A DNA stretch of 21,524 nt from Pseudomonadota bacterium (GTDB lineage Bacteria > Bdellovibrionota_B > Oligoflexia > Oligoflexales > CAIMVM01), in NCBI GenBank assembly GCA_037142195.1, contig JBAXBA010000066.1, forward strand, positions 1 through 21,524, in the 5' to 3' direction. The notes below the pieces were generated by a model, which was not told where the DNA came from, did not search any database, and worked only from the letters and a program-made list of their open reading frames with translations. Shown piece by piece: positions 6,853 through 15,809 of the stretch. Numbering within the stretch: position 1 is the first letter of the stretch; each line of letters starts with the position of its first letter. A program made the translations under genes and the position numbers.

Positions 6853-7755
6853 TTAAATGCTATTTTTTACAGTAGTTTTAAGTCCCTTCAAAAAAGACGT
6901 GGGATCTTCAAGATCTGCTCGTCTTTGAAACGGCAGGTTTTCTCTGACGGTAAGGTTTCCCTTGAGAGTCCCTTTGTACTTTTCAAAATGAAGCATTGCC
7001 GATCCGCCGCAAAGAGCGCCCATTTTTCCAATGGCTTGTCCTTTTTGCACTCGACTTTTGATACCAACTCCTGCAACCATGGATGCTACTTCCCCATAAC
7101 GAACGATAAAGCCCCCATGGTCGACAACTATGGCATAGGTTCCGCAGTAGAATTCGTAGTAGTCGATGATGATCCCGCTCGCTACGGCAAGAACTAAGTT
7201 ACCTGGCTTTCCTAGGAGGTCATTGGCGGCATGGAGGCGGCCGTTGGGACGTCTGGCACCATATCCGCGGCCAGAAGTAGTGAAGTCATCTTTAGGAATA
7301 TAAGAGATAGGGAACGAAAAATTGCTCGTTGAGTTAAAAGTACTCGCAGTGTCCATGGGGCTTTTGCGAATCGAGCTACTGCCGGTGACTTCTAGGTTTT
7401 CCACCACAACATCAGAATCTTTAACCTCAATGATCTTGCCGATGGAACAGCCAGGTATCTCATTACTTAAGGTAATTGTAAGTATGTCTGAAGAAGTCTG
7501 CTTCGCTGCCGTAATTTCAAAGCGCTCGGTCTGAAGGACTTTGCAGATGGCCCCTTTGCCTTTGTATACTGTATTGGTAATGGCGATGAGTCCAGGGCCC
7601 GAGTCCACGGAATGTTCTCCATCAAACTCCATTTTTTGATCAATCACGGCTATGGTCCGCTGGGTCGGCTTGCAGCCGGTAGCAGCAACCGAAATAAGCG
7701 ATAGGGCGAGAAGGGGAACCAGAGCAGCATGAAAACCCAGCTTGAACATCAACAT
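6853..7755 (-). CDS. Lipoprotein with C-terminal M23-family (LytM-like) peptidase domain, variant active site
   Basis: Signal peptide with ATG-C lipobox; HAAND (HxxxD), VLAVASG, VVDHG, RYGE, VQKGQAIG, MLHFE, DP terminal motif. Confidence 0.88.
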   Translation of the reverse strand: MLMFKLGFHAALVPLLALSLISVAATGCKPTQRTIAVIDQKMEFDGEHSVDSGPGLIAITNTVYKGKGAICKVLQTERFEITAAKQTSSDILTITLSNEIPGCSIGKIIEVKDSDVVVENLEVTGSSSIRKSPMDTASTFNSTSNFSFPISYIPKDDFTTSGRGYGARRPNGRLHAANDLLGKPGNLVLAVASGIIIDYYEFYCGTYAIVVDHGGFIVRYGEVASMVAGVGIKSRVQKGQAIGKMGALCGGSAMLHFEKYKGTLKGNLTVRENLPFQRRADLEDPTSFLKGLKTTVKNSI

Positions 7756-7798
7756 TTTAACTCCCGACTCCGCGGCCCTAGTGGTCGCGGCAGGTCTA

Positions 7799-7827
7799 TT
7801 TATACAATATGCCTAAAATATAGTCAA
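7799..7827 (-). promoter_or_regulatory. Sigma70-type promoter for the M23 gene
   Basis: Minus strand TTGACT-17 nt-TATAAA, 43 nt upstream of ATG 7755; SD GGGAG before the start. Confidence 0.55.
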
Positions 7828-7931
7828 CCTGTGGCATAAAATCTATTTATTAGGCAGTTTTTTGGGGCGTTTTTCAGGAGTTATGGTATAAGGCAAGCCG
7901 TTAGGCCTTATTTTTGGGCAGGAATGGAACC

Positions 7932-9587
7932 ATGAAGCTAAAATCATTGAGACAAACCACTACAATAGCTAGGTTGCCTATTTGGGCAGCTTTTTGGGGG
8001 ATCGTTTGGGGTCTTCTAGGAGCATGTAGCGACTCTAAGTCGCCAAATCTTTTAAAGATTATTGGAGGCGTTGAGCTCCCAGCTGGACATGTGGGGCTTC
8101 AAAATACAGTGGGCCTAGCTACCTCCAACGCCGAAGGATTACCGGATAGCCTCCCCGCTTGTAGTGGATTTGTCGTGAGGCCACTTTGGATTGTCACTGC
8201 GGCCCATTGCGCCGCAAACGGGACTTTAAAATACGTCTATTTCAAAAATGAAAGTCTTGGAGAATCTGCGGAATGGCGTGACATTGAAAAAGTCATCTTG
8301 CATCCCGACTGGAAAGGCGAAGGGCTCTTTGATTTAGCCCTGGTGAAATACAAAGCGTTTCCACAAGATATATCCGGAATGCCCCTTAACTTCAAACCTG
8401 CAGAGATTGTGGATGAAAACGAAGCTGGAGCTTTGGCTTCGGGCATGTCTATGGATATTGTGGGCTATGGAGTTTCTAAAGTTCCTTCAGAGGCCCCCCC
8501 AAAAAAACTCCACGCGTTCGTTCAAATTGAAAAGTTATGGAATGACTTTTTTATGGCGCCTGGCCTCATCACCTATTCTGAGCGCGAGTTGCGTGGGGCA
8601 TGTTATGGTGATTCAGGTGGACCAGCCTATGCGGAGATTAATGGTAAATTGAGGGTTATTGGGATCACACAAGGAGCTCGTGGTAGATATTTTAATCGCA
8701 TGGAAAAAGTAGATTGCCAGGATGGAAAAGGGATTTATACCTATTTGATGCCCTTTCGTGATTGGATATTAAAATCTGTCGAAGGACAATTGACGGCATC
8801 ATTTCATTGGGAACAGTTAGATCCAGACTTTACTTCGATAACTGCTTTTTGCGAAGCGTCGAAAAAAAGGGATATTTGGCTAGCATTTTATTCCTTAGCG
8901 GTAAATTTAGAAGAAAAAACCAGAACACCCATGTTTGACTGCGACTCTTTTTTAAAGGCATCTAGCCATTTAGTAACTTTAGAGCTAACTCCTTGGTCAA
9001 AATATTCTCAAGTCCAGTCACTTCTAGGGAGCTTTAGTAATTTAGAAGAGTTGTGGATCCAAGACGACAATGGCGGATTTTCCTCAGATGTGGATATAGA
9101 ATCCTTGCTTGGCCTTACGCGTCTCAGGAAACTTGTGGTCGATGGTCCCTCTCTAGCTCATATGGAAAGTTTAAGCCAACTGAAAAGTTTGCAGTATCTA
9201 GATTTATTTGGGACCAGCGAAGTTTCCATCGAAACTATTTTGGCACTGAAAAATCTAAATACTCTTAATTTAGCCGGTGATGCAGCTTCAAATCTGGAAT
9301 CGTTAGGCGCGCTTTCTCAGTTGCAGCGTCTTGGAACCAGGCGATGTATTTTGGATCAAGAAGCTATCCAGGCGCTCTTTAAGGACCATACATTCCCATC
9401 CCTTAAGTCCGCAGATTTTTCCCGTTGTGCGGTGAATTATGAAGCTTTAGCGGAAAATGAACCTCATTTCAAAAAGTTTAAGCCTGGAACCAAATTTAAA
9501 TTTCAGAAGTCTTTAGTAAGAGAAAATATCATTTTACAAAAGAAATTAGCTAAAAATGCCGCCGGTGTTTCTATTGTTTTTGAATAG
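7932..9587 (+). CDS. Lipoprotein S1 (chymotrypsin-fold) serine protease with C-terminal leucine-rich repeats
   Basis: Lipobox LGA-C; activation motif K-IIGG; triad TAAHC / DLAL / GDSGGP; repeats such as LKNLNTLNL and LKSLQYLDL. ATG 7932 preferred over the track's TTG 7914 (same frame). Confidence 0.9.
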   Translation: MKLKSLRQTTTIARLPIWAAFWGIVWGLLGACSDSKSPNLLKIIGGVELPAGHVGLQNTVGLATSNAEGLPDSLPACSGFVVRPLWIVTAAHCAANGTLKYVYFKNESLGESAEWRDIEKVILHPDWKGEGLFDLALVKYKAFPQDISGMPLNFKPAEIVDENEAGALASGMSMDIVGYGVSKVPSEAPPKKLHAFVQIEKLWNDFFMAPGLITYSERELRGACYGDSGGPAYAEINGKLRVIGITQGARGRYFNRMEKVDCQDGKGIYTYLMPFRDWILKSVEGQLTASFHWEQLDPDFTSITAFCEASKKRDIWLAFYSLAVNLEEKTRTPMFDCDSFLKASSHLVTLELTPWSKYSQVQSLLGSFSNLEELWIQDDNGGFSSDVDIESLLGLTRLRKLVVDGPSLAHMESLSQLKSLQYLDLFGTSEVSIETILALKNLNTLNLAGDAASNLESLGALSQLQRLGTRRCILDQEAIQALFKDHTFPSLKSADFSRCAVNYEALAENEPHFKKFKPGTKFKFQKSLVRENIILQKKLAKNAAGVSIVFE

Positions 9588-9675
9588 TTCGTTTGCATGT
9601 TTCATTAACCGGATATGAGCCTTCTTTTCTAAGGCTCCCAGGATTCGTTCTTCGAGAAAGAAAGAGAGCGGATTC

Positions 9676-10839
9676 CTATAATGATACAAAAGGCGTTTGC
9701 TCAACGCTTGTTTCCATGAGCGAGGGCCCTTGACCTGTTATAATGGCACCTCCAAGGCAAGTCGCTCCATTATAGAATACAATGGATTGCCTAAGGGCAA
9801 TGGCGCGTTGGGGCGTTTCAAAATGTACTTTAAGCTGTCCCATGGTTTCATCATTGCCGTTTAGCCGCGTTACGGTGCAGTTTTGAAGGGATTGTCTGTG
9901 CCGAAGTCTAGCTTTACAAGAAAAGGGGAAACTTGGGACTTCATGGATCCAAGACTCTTCAGCGGCCATCACACTATGTGTTAATAGAATGGGATGATCG
10001 GTGCCTCGTTCGACGTAAACCACATTATTAGGGATGTCTTTTTTAACGACAAACCAGCGATCTCCGGGGCCGCCCAGTCCCAGTCCACGCCTTTGACCTA
10101 GAGTGTAAAACATGACGCCTTGATGCTGGCCTACCACGGTATTATCTAAAGTCCTAAATTCTCCGAGATGGCCCTTGATGTAAGTCGATAGAAATTGGCG
10201 AAAGTCTCTTTCACCTATAAAACAAATTCCCGTGGAATCCTTTTTTTTCGCAGTGGGTAAGTTGGCTGCTGCCGCCAAACGTCTCACTTCTGGCTTGGTT
10301 AAGCCCCCAAGTGGAAACAATACCTTAGAAAGAACTTGCCCGTTGATGGCATATAGAAAATAGGTTTGATCTTTGTCATGGTCTCTGGCAGCTAAAAGCT
10401 TTGTGCCATCGGTTTCAGCATAATGGCCGGTAGCTAGATAATCAGCTCCGAGGCTCATCGCAAAATCAAAAAACGCCTTAAATTTAATCTCGCGGTTGCA
10501 GAGGATGTCGGGATTGGGCGTATATCCCAGAGCGTACTCCTTTAGGAAGTGCGAAAAAACCGCATCCCGATACTCTTTGACAAAGTCGACGGATCTATAG
10601 GGGATATCGAGTAAGGATGCCGTATAAGCGACATCTTGATAGTCTTGTTCCGAGGTGCATCGTCCTGAGGCGTCAGTTTCGTCCCAATTCTTCATAAAGA
10701 GTCCGAGAACTCGATACCCTTGTCGCTTTAAAAGCCACGCAGCTACAGAGGAATCTACCCCCCCAGACATGCCAACGACCACCAACTTCTTGCTGTTAGC
10801 TTGCAATTGCTCAGGGGTGGGTAGGCTCAGAAAATCCAA
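9676..10839 (-). CDS. mnmA: tRNA 2-thiouridine(34) synthase MnmA
   Basis: MSGGVDS PP-loop, FMKNW, NPDILCNREIKF, ATGHYA, KDQTYFL, DSTGICFIG. Start reassigned to in-frame TTG 10839 (AGAGGA upstream); the track's first 75 aa from 11064 look non-coding. Confidence 0.95.
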   Translation of the reverse strand: MDFLSLPTPEQLQANSKKLVVVGMSGGVDSSVAAWLLKRQGYRVLGLFMKNWDETDASGRCTSEQDYQDVAYTASLLDIPYRSVDFVKEYRDAVFSHFLKEYALGYTPNPDILCNREIKFKAFFDFAMSLGADYLATGHYAETDGTKLLAARDHDKDQTYFLYAINGQVLSKVLFPLGGLTKPEVRRLAAAANLPTAKKKDSTGICFIGERDFRQFLSTYIKGHLGEFRTLDNTVVGQHQGVMFYTLGQRRGLGLGGPGDRWFVVKKDIPNNVVYVERGTDHPILLTHSVMAAEESWIHEVPSFPFSCKARLRHRQSLQNCTVTRLNGNDETMGQLKVHFETPQRAIALRQSIVFYNGATCLGGAIITGQGPSLMETSVEQTPFVSL

Positions 10840-10867
10840 GATGGCATCCTCTTTTGAAGGTTTCAGG

Positions 10868-10903
10868 CTTCTAGCACTTCGAGCACTTCTAGCACTTGCA
10901 GCG
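10868..10903. repeat. Imperfect 9-bp tandem repeat (4 units) upstream of mnmA
   Basis: cttctagca / cttcgagca / cttctagca / cttgcagcg. Confidence 0.7.
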
Positions 10904-11101
10904 CGAAAAAGTAAAGTTAAGTTGTTTTTTGCTAACAAATTTAATGGCTTTAAAGAAAGGTGGGGGAGGTCTTCGAGGCTTGGGATTCCTTTTGAACTAG
11001 AATAGGGACCGCCTCGTATTCTACTTCTAGAGGTATTTGGGCTGTTTAAGGATTTTAAACTCAAATAAAACGAAGCTTTTCTTCACTTCTTCATGTCTTC
11101 A

Positions 11102-11146
11102 CAAAAAACAGACCTCCCCATGCAACTGGGGGAGGTCTGTTTTTTG
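11102..11146. terminator. Intrinsic terminator, symmetric, downstream of lgt
   Basis: Perfect 18-bp inverted repeat caaaaaacagacctcccc / ggggaggtctgttttttg with a 9-nt loop and T-tracts on both strands. Confidence 0.9.
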
Positions 11147-11189
11147 AAATAGAGCGGCCGCAAGGGGCCAGGTATTTAAGAAATATGGT

Positions 11190-12014
11190 CTAAAAAACAG
11201 GTTTCTCAATATACTTGCGCAAAAAGGGAATTTTGTGGGGAATCAACAGTGCACATGCTAGTCCCACTAAGAGAAACGGTATAGAAAGTAGCTGCCCCAT
11301 GTTCAAGGCCATTCCCTGTTCAAAGGAAACTTGATTCTCTTTAAATTGCTCCATTACGGATCTAAAGCTCCAAGAGACAATCATGATCAGCCCAAACCAG
11401 CGTCCTTCAGCAACTTTGCGGTTATTGCGCAAAAAAAGGACGTAGAAAATCAGAGAAATCCAGGCATAACCGATGGCCTCATAGATTTGGGAAGGGTGCC
11501 TCGGAATGCCATCGTACTTGGCGAAAATCACAGCCCAAGGCACTTGGGAAGGCAATCCAATAATTTCCGAATTGAAAAAATTTCCTATCCGAATGCAAGC
11601 AGCAGCTAGCATGGCAGGCATTGCAATCCGGTCTAATAACCAAAAAACAGGAATGCTTTTAAATTTTCGACAAAAGAGAACGGTTGCAATGATCACGCCC
11701 AGAAACCCACCATGGCTTGCCAACCCTCCTTCATGGACAAAAAGGATTCGAATGGGATCACGAAGATAGACTTCTGGTTCGTAAAATAAGCAATGACCTA
11801 GTCTAGCACCAATGAGGGTTCCTAAAATGATATAGGTAGGCAACGCTTCCATGGCCTCTAAGGATTTTCCTTCTGCCTTAAAAATACTCTTCATTATGAA
11901 ATAACCCATGACGATACCGCCAGCAAAGAGCAGCGAGTACCATCTGATTCCAAACTCTCCATAGATGGGTAGAAGCATACGATCTACATTCCATACAAAG
12001 TGCGAACTTTCCAC
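11190..12014 (-). CDS. lgt: Prolipoprotein diacylglyceryl transferase
   Basis: IRWYSL, ARLGHCLFY, GGLASHGG, RIGNFFNSE, HPSQIYE, MGQLLSIP. Start reassigned to in-frame GTG 12014 behind SD AGGAG (track starts at 12149). Confidence 0.95.
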   Translation of the reverse strand: MESSHFVWNVDRMLLPIYGEFGIRWYSLLFAGGIVMGYFIMKSIFKAEGKSLEAMEALPTYIILGTLIGARLGHCLFYEPEVYLRDPIRILFVHEGGLASHGGFLGVIIATVLFCRKFKSIPVFWLLDRIAMPAMLAAACIRIGNFFNSEIIGLPSQVPWAVIFAKYDGIPRHPSQIYEAIGYAWISLIFYVLFLRNNRKVAEGRWFGLIMIVSWSFRSVMEQFKENQVSFEQGMALNMGQLLSIPFLLVGLACALLIPHKIPFLRKYIEKPVF

Positions 12015-12179
12015 AAGAAACTCCTGGGGTGATTTTGAGTTACGGAATGGTAGCAAACAATTCCCTGGATCCCAAGTGGAAATTACCATTGCCAAATCTT
12101 TGGTGGCATCTTTGTTTCGCTTGTACCGAGAAAAATTGTGCTCAGTCAAGGCTTGAAAATATCTAGGAGGTTTAGAAGC

Positions 12180-13262
12180 TCAATTGTATTTAGAAGGATG
12201 GTTGTTCTTATAGGTCAGATATTGGTAGATTTGAAAATAGATGGCTTTTTTTGAAAAATAGACCCCGTGTCCAAAGATACTTTTGGCTGAGCTTAAAATG
12301 GGGATCCCTGAATCACCATAATCCAATAAGAAGCTAACTCCTTGGTCTCCTATTTTGACGCCGCCACCCACATTTTTGAACCAAATGCCTGGCGACATCC
12401 CTTGGTCTAGAATCTGATTTAATTGGCGATTTAAATCTATATTCTTAGGGAGCGATGGTAGAAAGTCTGAGCCTTCAGTGGCAATTCTTTGAATCAAATC
12501 CCCTCGAGGAATTCTGAGATCTGGGCCGAAAGTAGAAGATCTGATATTTAAAAAATGGCAGAGAAAATCCTGCTTTGGTAAAGGGAAATCTAGCCTTAAA
12601 TGAGAACCTAAGGTGATCCAGTGAAAAGACTGAAGCTTTAGGGAGTGGGCTTTGGCAAGAAGTATCTTTTCATCAAACTCCAAACGACCTGCAAAAGATA
12701 GGAGTTTGAGTCCTGTATCCGTTTGCAGTCGCATATGCTGAGCCATGGCCATGAGTTGTGCGCCGTGAGAGTGCCCCATGATAAGTAAGGTGCCGTTTTT
12801 TGACGGGGTTAGAGCGAGCAGGAGTTTATAAGCCCCTTTGAGTCTTCCTAGATGATGATTTTCACCACTCCAGTCGATCATTTGCGTGGGAATGGAAGTA
12901 TTCAAATCTGTGACAACATTTTTCTCTACATAACCTTTGCCGCGAATTTGCCATTTTATAGCGCGAGCTAGATGGCCTGAAACATGTTTGAGTAAGGGGA
13001 CTTCCCCTACCCCAAGGGGGTCTACGCCAGCAAATGTTCCATGCAAAAAATAGATTCCGACGATTTTGTTGTCTTGGAGTAAGGAAATGACGGTTTCTCG
13101 AGGGATGGATTCCAGACCCGGCAGAGAAACTACATTTTCAGATTCTTTAGGCGGTAGCGGCCGAAACCTGAGCCAGATGACATACAGGATGATTGCCGCA
13201 CCAAGGAGAATGAGAGCTAAAATGATAGTTTTAGAAGAAATATCCAATGCCGGCCTTTCCAT
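12180..13262 (-). CDS. Membrane-anchored alpha/beta-hydrolase-fold protein
   Basis: N-terminal TM; FLHGTF (oxyanion-type HG), WSGEN, nucleophile elbow GHSHG, WITLGS, late FGHGVY His candidate. Confidence 0.7.
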   Translation of the reverse strand: MERPALDISSKTIILALILLGAAIILYVIWLRFRPLPPKESENVVSLPGLESIPRETVISLLQDNKIVGIYFLHGTFAGVDPLGVGEVPLLKHVSGHLARAIKWQIRGKGYVEKNVVTDLNTSIPTQMIDWSGENHHLGRLKGAYKLLLALTPSKNGTLLIMGHSHGAQLMAMAQHMRLQTDTGLKLLSFAGRLEFDEKILLAKAHSLKLQSFHWITLGSHLRLDFPLPKQDFLCHFLNIRSSTFGPDLRIPRGDLIQRIATEGSDFLPSLPKNIDLNRQLNQILDQGMSPGIWFKNVGGGVKIGDQGVSFLLDYGDSGIPILSSAKSIFGHGVYFSKKAIYFQIYQYLTYKNNHPSKYN

Positions 13263-14109
13263 AGAGGCTCATATCTCCCCCAAGAATCATATCCGGTCCA
13301 AGAACCGAAATATCCTCGATATTGTCTTCTAATTTAGTAATCGGAACATGGATGCCAACCTCAAAAAGTAAAGTCATTCCTTTACCAATTTGAAGATTTG
13401 AAACGCTGTCTAAGCGAACTCCGATGCCAGCTTCTGCTAAAAGGGAAGCTTCATCGTGAAAGGACGGCATTTCTCGCGGCGTAGCGCCCTGAGCGACTTT
13501 GGGCGCCTTGGGGTTGTCTTGTTCGGCTTTTTGGTAGATTCCACCCATAGAAATATAAAAGCGTTCTATGGGAAATAATTTGACCCTGGCGCCTCCCCCA
13601 TAGACAAATGTAGTGTCTGTAGTCCCCACAAAGCCTGAGGCATCTAAATCAAACCAATAGCCACCTACCCAGCTGAGACCAAATTCCCCACCCAAAATAC
13701 TTTGGCTGGTAATGAGGGCTCCCCCCCAAAGGGTGGTTTTAAGTGAGGAGCTTCTTACAAGCAACGATCGGTTGTACCAAGACTTTTTCACTAAAGACCT
13801 TAAATTTAGAATGGTTCCCGGTGGCATGAAGGGCGGGCCATCTATCATTTTGATTTGCGCGATATCCCCTTTAAGTTTTAGAATTTTGCCATCGAAAAGA
13901 GCATCGTTACTCAGCGGGCGAAGGTCTACTCGGTAGCCTATATCAATGGATTGAGATTCGGATTTTGAGAGTTTTAATTCATAGATTCCGTCTTTTGCGT
14001 ATTGAACTGTTGCCGCTTCCAATCTAATTGTATGAAATATACACAGTAGAAATAGGGGGATGACATATTTAAAAAAAAGCTTTTCTATGGGGAATGGATG
14101 AATTCTCAT
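13231..14109 (-). CDS. Hypothetical exported protein with probable C-terminal outer-membrane beta-barrel
   Basis: Signal-peptide-like N-terminus from ATG 14109 (the track's 14253 start would overlap the divergent gene); alternating Gly/aromatic strands; C-terminal YGKAGIGYFF resembles a beta-signal. Confidence 0.65.
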   Translation of the reverse strand: MRIHPFPIEKLFFKYVIPLFLLCIFHTIRLEAATVQYAKDGIYELKLSKSESQSIDIGYRVDLRPLSNDALFDGKILKLKGDIAQIKMIDGPPFMPPGTILNLRSLVKKSWYNRSLLVRSSSLKTTLWGGALITSQSILGGEFGLSWVGGYWFDLDASGFVGTTDTTFVYGGGARVKLFPIERFYISMGGIYQKAEQDNPKAPKVAQGATPREMPSFHDEASLLAEAGIGVRLDSVSNLQIGKGMTLLFEVGIHVPITKLEDNIEDISVLGPDMILGGDMSLYGKAGIGYFF

Positions 14110-14206
14110 TTTGCCTTTAACGGTATTCATGTATAATTTAACAAAAAATACAGGAAGCTTCATGCGATGGGAAGCTTTTTCATGTAAGAATCTGAAGTGA
14201 GCAAGA

Positions 14207-15097
14207 ATGAAAAGAATATCTCTATTATTAATAAATCTTTTTTTGGCTTCCACAGGCTATGGCGAAAGCTTGAACCCAAAAGAAACTGCTTCAGCCATTC
14301 CTCCTGTAAATCTATCGAACTTTTGTGAGACGAGTTTGACCAAGTTTCCAGGCCGCATCGAGCCCTCAAATATTGCCCAGATTTGTAATCGCGTGCAGGT
14401 GTTAGAAAGTTGTGAGAGTGAAAAGGGGATGCCTATCTTTCATTTTGACTCCAAGCCTCTAGAAAGCCAAATTGAGGGTCAGGGCCAGCGCGTCTTGGCT
14501 ATAGCATTGATTCACGGAGATGAATATGAAAGCGGTTCGGTCGCCAGGCGGTGGATGCAGCGAATTGCAGATATTTCCGCTCGAAATCATTGGCGCATCA
14601 TTCCCCTCGTCAATCCTGATGGATGGATGAAAGGAGTGCGGACGAATGCTAATGGCATCGATTTAAATCGAAATTTTCCATCGAATGACTGGGAGAAAAA
14701 TGCCATTTCCGCTTGGAAGTCTGGCAAAGACCACGGAGACGCTAGAAAGTTTCCTGGAAATACTCCTGGAAGTGAAAAAGAAGTAAAGTGTATCTCGAAG
14801 CATATTGAGATGTATAAGCCTGATTTTGTTGTAAGCATTCATACACCCTACGGTCTTTTAGACTTGGATGGGCCGACTGAGATTGAATTGCCTGAGTTGC
14901 CATTTCTAGCCTGGAAGAGGCTCGGGACGTTTCCAGGCAGCCTGGGTCGGTATCTTTGGGTGGATCGAAAAGTCCCGGTTATGACGGTCGAACTTAAAGA
15001 CTCAAAGATTTTATCTTATTTTAATCAAATTGATAAACTGCAGGATACCGGGGGTGTTCTCGCCTTAAAACTAAATGGCAATCGCAACCCGCTTTAG
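14207..15097 (+). CDS. M14-family zinc carboxypeptidase, MpaA (murein peptide amidase)-like, with signal peptide
   Basis: IHGDE (HxxE), NPDG, RTNANGIDLNRNFP, SIHTP, PGSLG, TVEL catalytic Glu. Confidence 0.87.
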   Translation: MKRISLLLINLFLASTGYGESLNPKETASAIPPVNLSNFCETSLTKFPGRIEPSNIAQICNRVQVLESCESEKGMPIFHFDSKPLESQIEGQGQRVLAIALIHGDEYESGSVARRWMQRIADISARNHWRIIPLVNPDGWMKGVRTNANGIDLNRNFPSNDWEKNAISAWKSGKDHGDARKFPGNTPGSEKEVKCISKHIEMYKPDFVVSIHTPYGLLDLDGPTEIELPELPFLAWKRLGTFPGSLGRYLWVDRKVPVMTVELKDSKILSYFNQIDKLQDTGGVLALKLNGNRNPL

Positions 15098-15307
15098 CCT
15101 AAATTTCAAAGTCGATTCTGTCTTCGGCCTACTCAAATTTTTCGCAAGATTTTGTGAGCTTAGCATCTTTATAAACAAAGCCTTTGAACGGATGAACGTG
15201 ATTTAGTTATGTTTTCATGAGCGGCGGCAGTTTTCTTGTAGTTTTTTGACTATTAAGCACAAAATTACAAGAACTGCTTCGAAGCGACAAACGGCCCTTG
15301 CCCCAAA

Positions 15308-15544
15308 CTACTCACAAATTCTGCGGAAGACCCTATCTTTTTGCAATTTTTCGCGATTTGGATCTTTGGATGGAGGGGGGCTACTGTTCCGACTATTGAG
15401 ACCAAGTTGATTCAATAAAAGCCTATTGACCATTAGCAGCAGCTCTATCATTGCCTTAGCTTCGCCTGACAAATTCGAGCTCTTCTGTAAAAAGCTTTCA
15501 GCGTCTTCAATTACTTTTGTGATGATAGCTTTATCGATCGTCAA
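15308..15544 (-). pseudogene. Truncated IS66-family transposase N-terminus (DUF6444-like)
   Basis: From TTG 15544: LTID...AMIELLLMVNRLLLNQLGLNSRNSSPPPSKDPNR. The L.NS.NSS.PPS.D motif is typical of IS66 transposase N-termini; the ORF stops about 14 codons later with no zinc finger or DDE domain. Confidence 0.8.
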
Positions 15545-15780
15545 GAAAAAATTCTCTCTTCTATTATGAAGAAAGCGTAACACTCAGGTGGCAGATACAA
15601 TGAAACTCAGCAGCAGCGGCGACAAAGAGCCTTCAAAGGCGGGCTAAGTGTTCCAGTTACTCACGTCAAATCAGCAGCCAATCCGGAATTCTTAACATCC
15701 ATGCTCATCGGTTCAGGATTTACCCAATTAGAGTCAACATGATTTTGATGAGACAGCCCTGGCCGAAGCGCAGGTATTCC

Positions 15781-15809
15781 TTGCTCTTATAATTAAATAA
15801 AGATATAAT
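15781..15809 (+). promoter_or_regulatory. Sigma70-type promoter for the AAA/DUF4143 gene
   Basis: TTGCTC-17 nt-TATAAT, ending 27 nt before ATG 15837; SD GGAG at 15822-15825. Confidence 0.7.

Noticed and set aside
9617..9637. Hairpin gagcctt/aaggctc between convergent protease and mnmA genes (similar weak hairpin at 5942-5959)
   Set aside because: Only 7-bp stems without a clear U-tract; not enough to call terminators.
10840..11064. N-terminal extensions of MnmA, and likewise Lgt (12015-12149) and the OMP (14110-14253)
   Set aside because: Better starts with SD-like sequences lie downstream; the extensions look like open intergenic DNA.
14155..14177. 7-bp inverted repeat aagcttc-N9-gaagctt between divergent genes
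   Set aside because: Could be an operator, but it is built on a short self-palindrome (AAGCTT) and is plausible by chance.
15227..15277. Imperfect long hairpin gcagttttcttgtagtttt / aaaattacaagaactgc
   Set aside because: AT-rich and bulged, with no second copy or recognisable RNA family.
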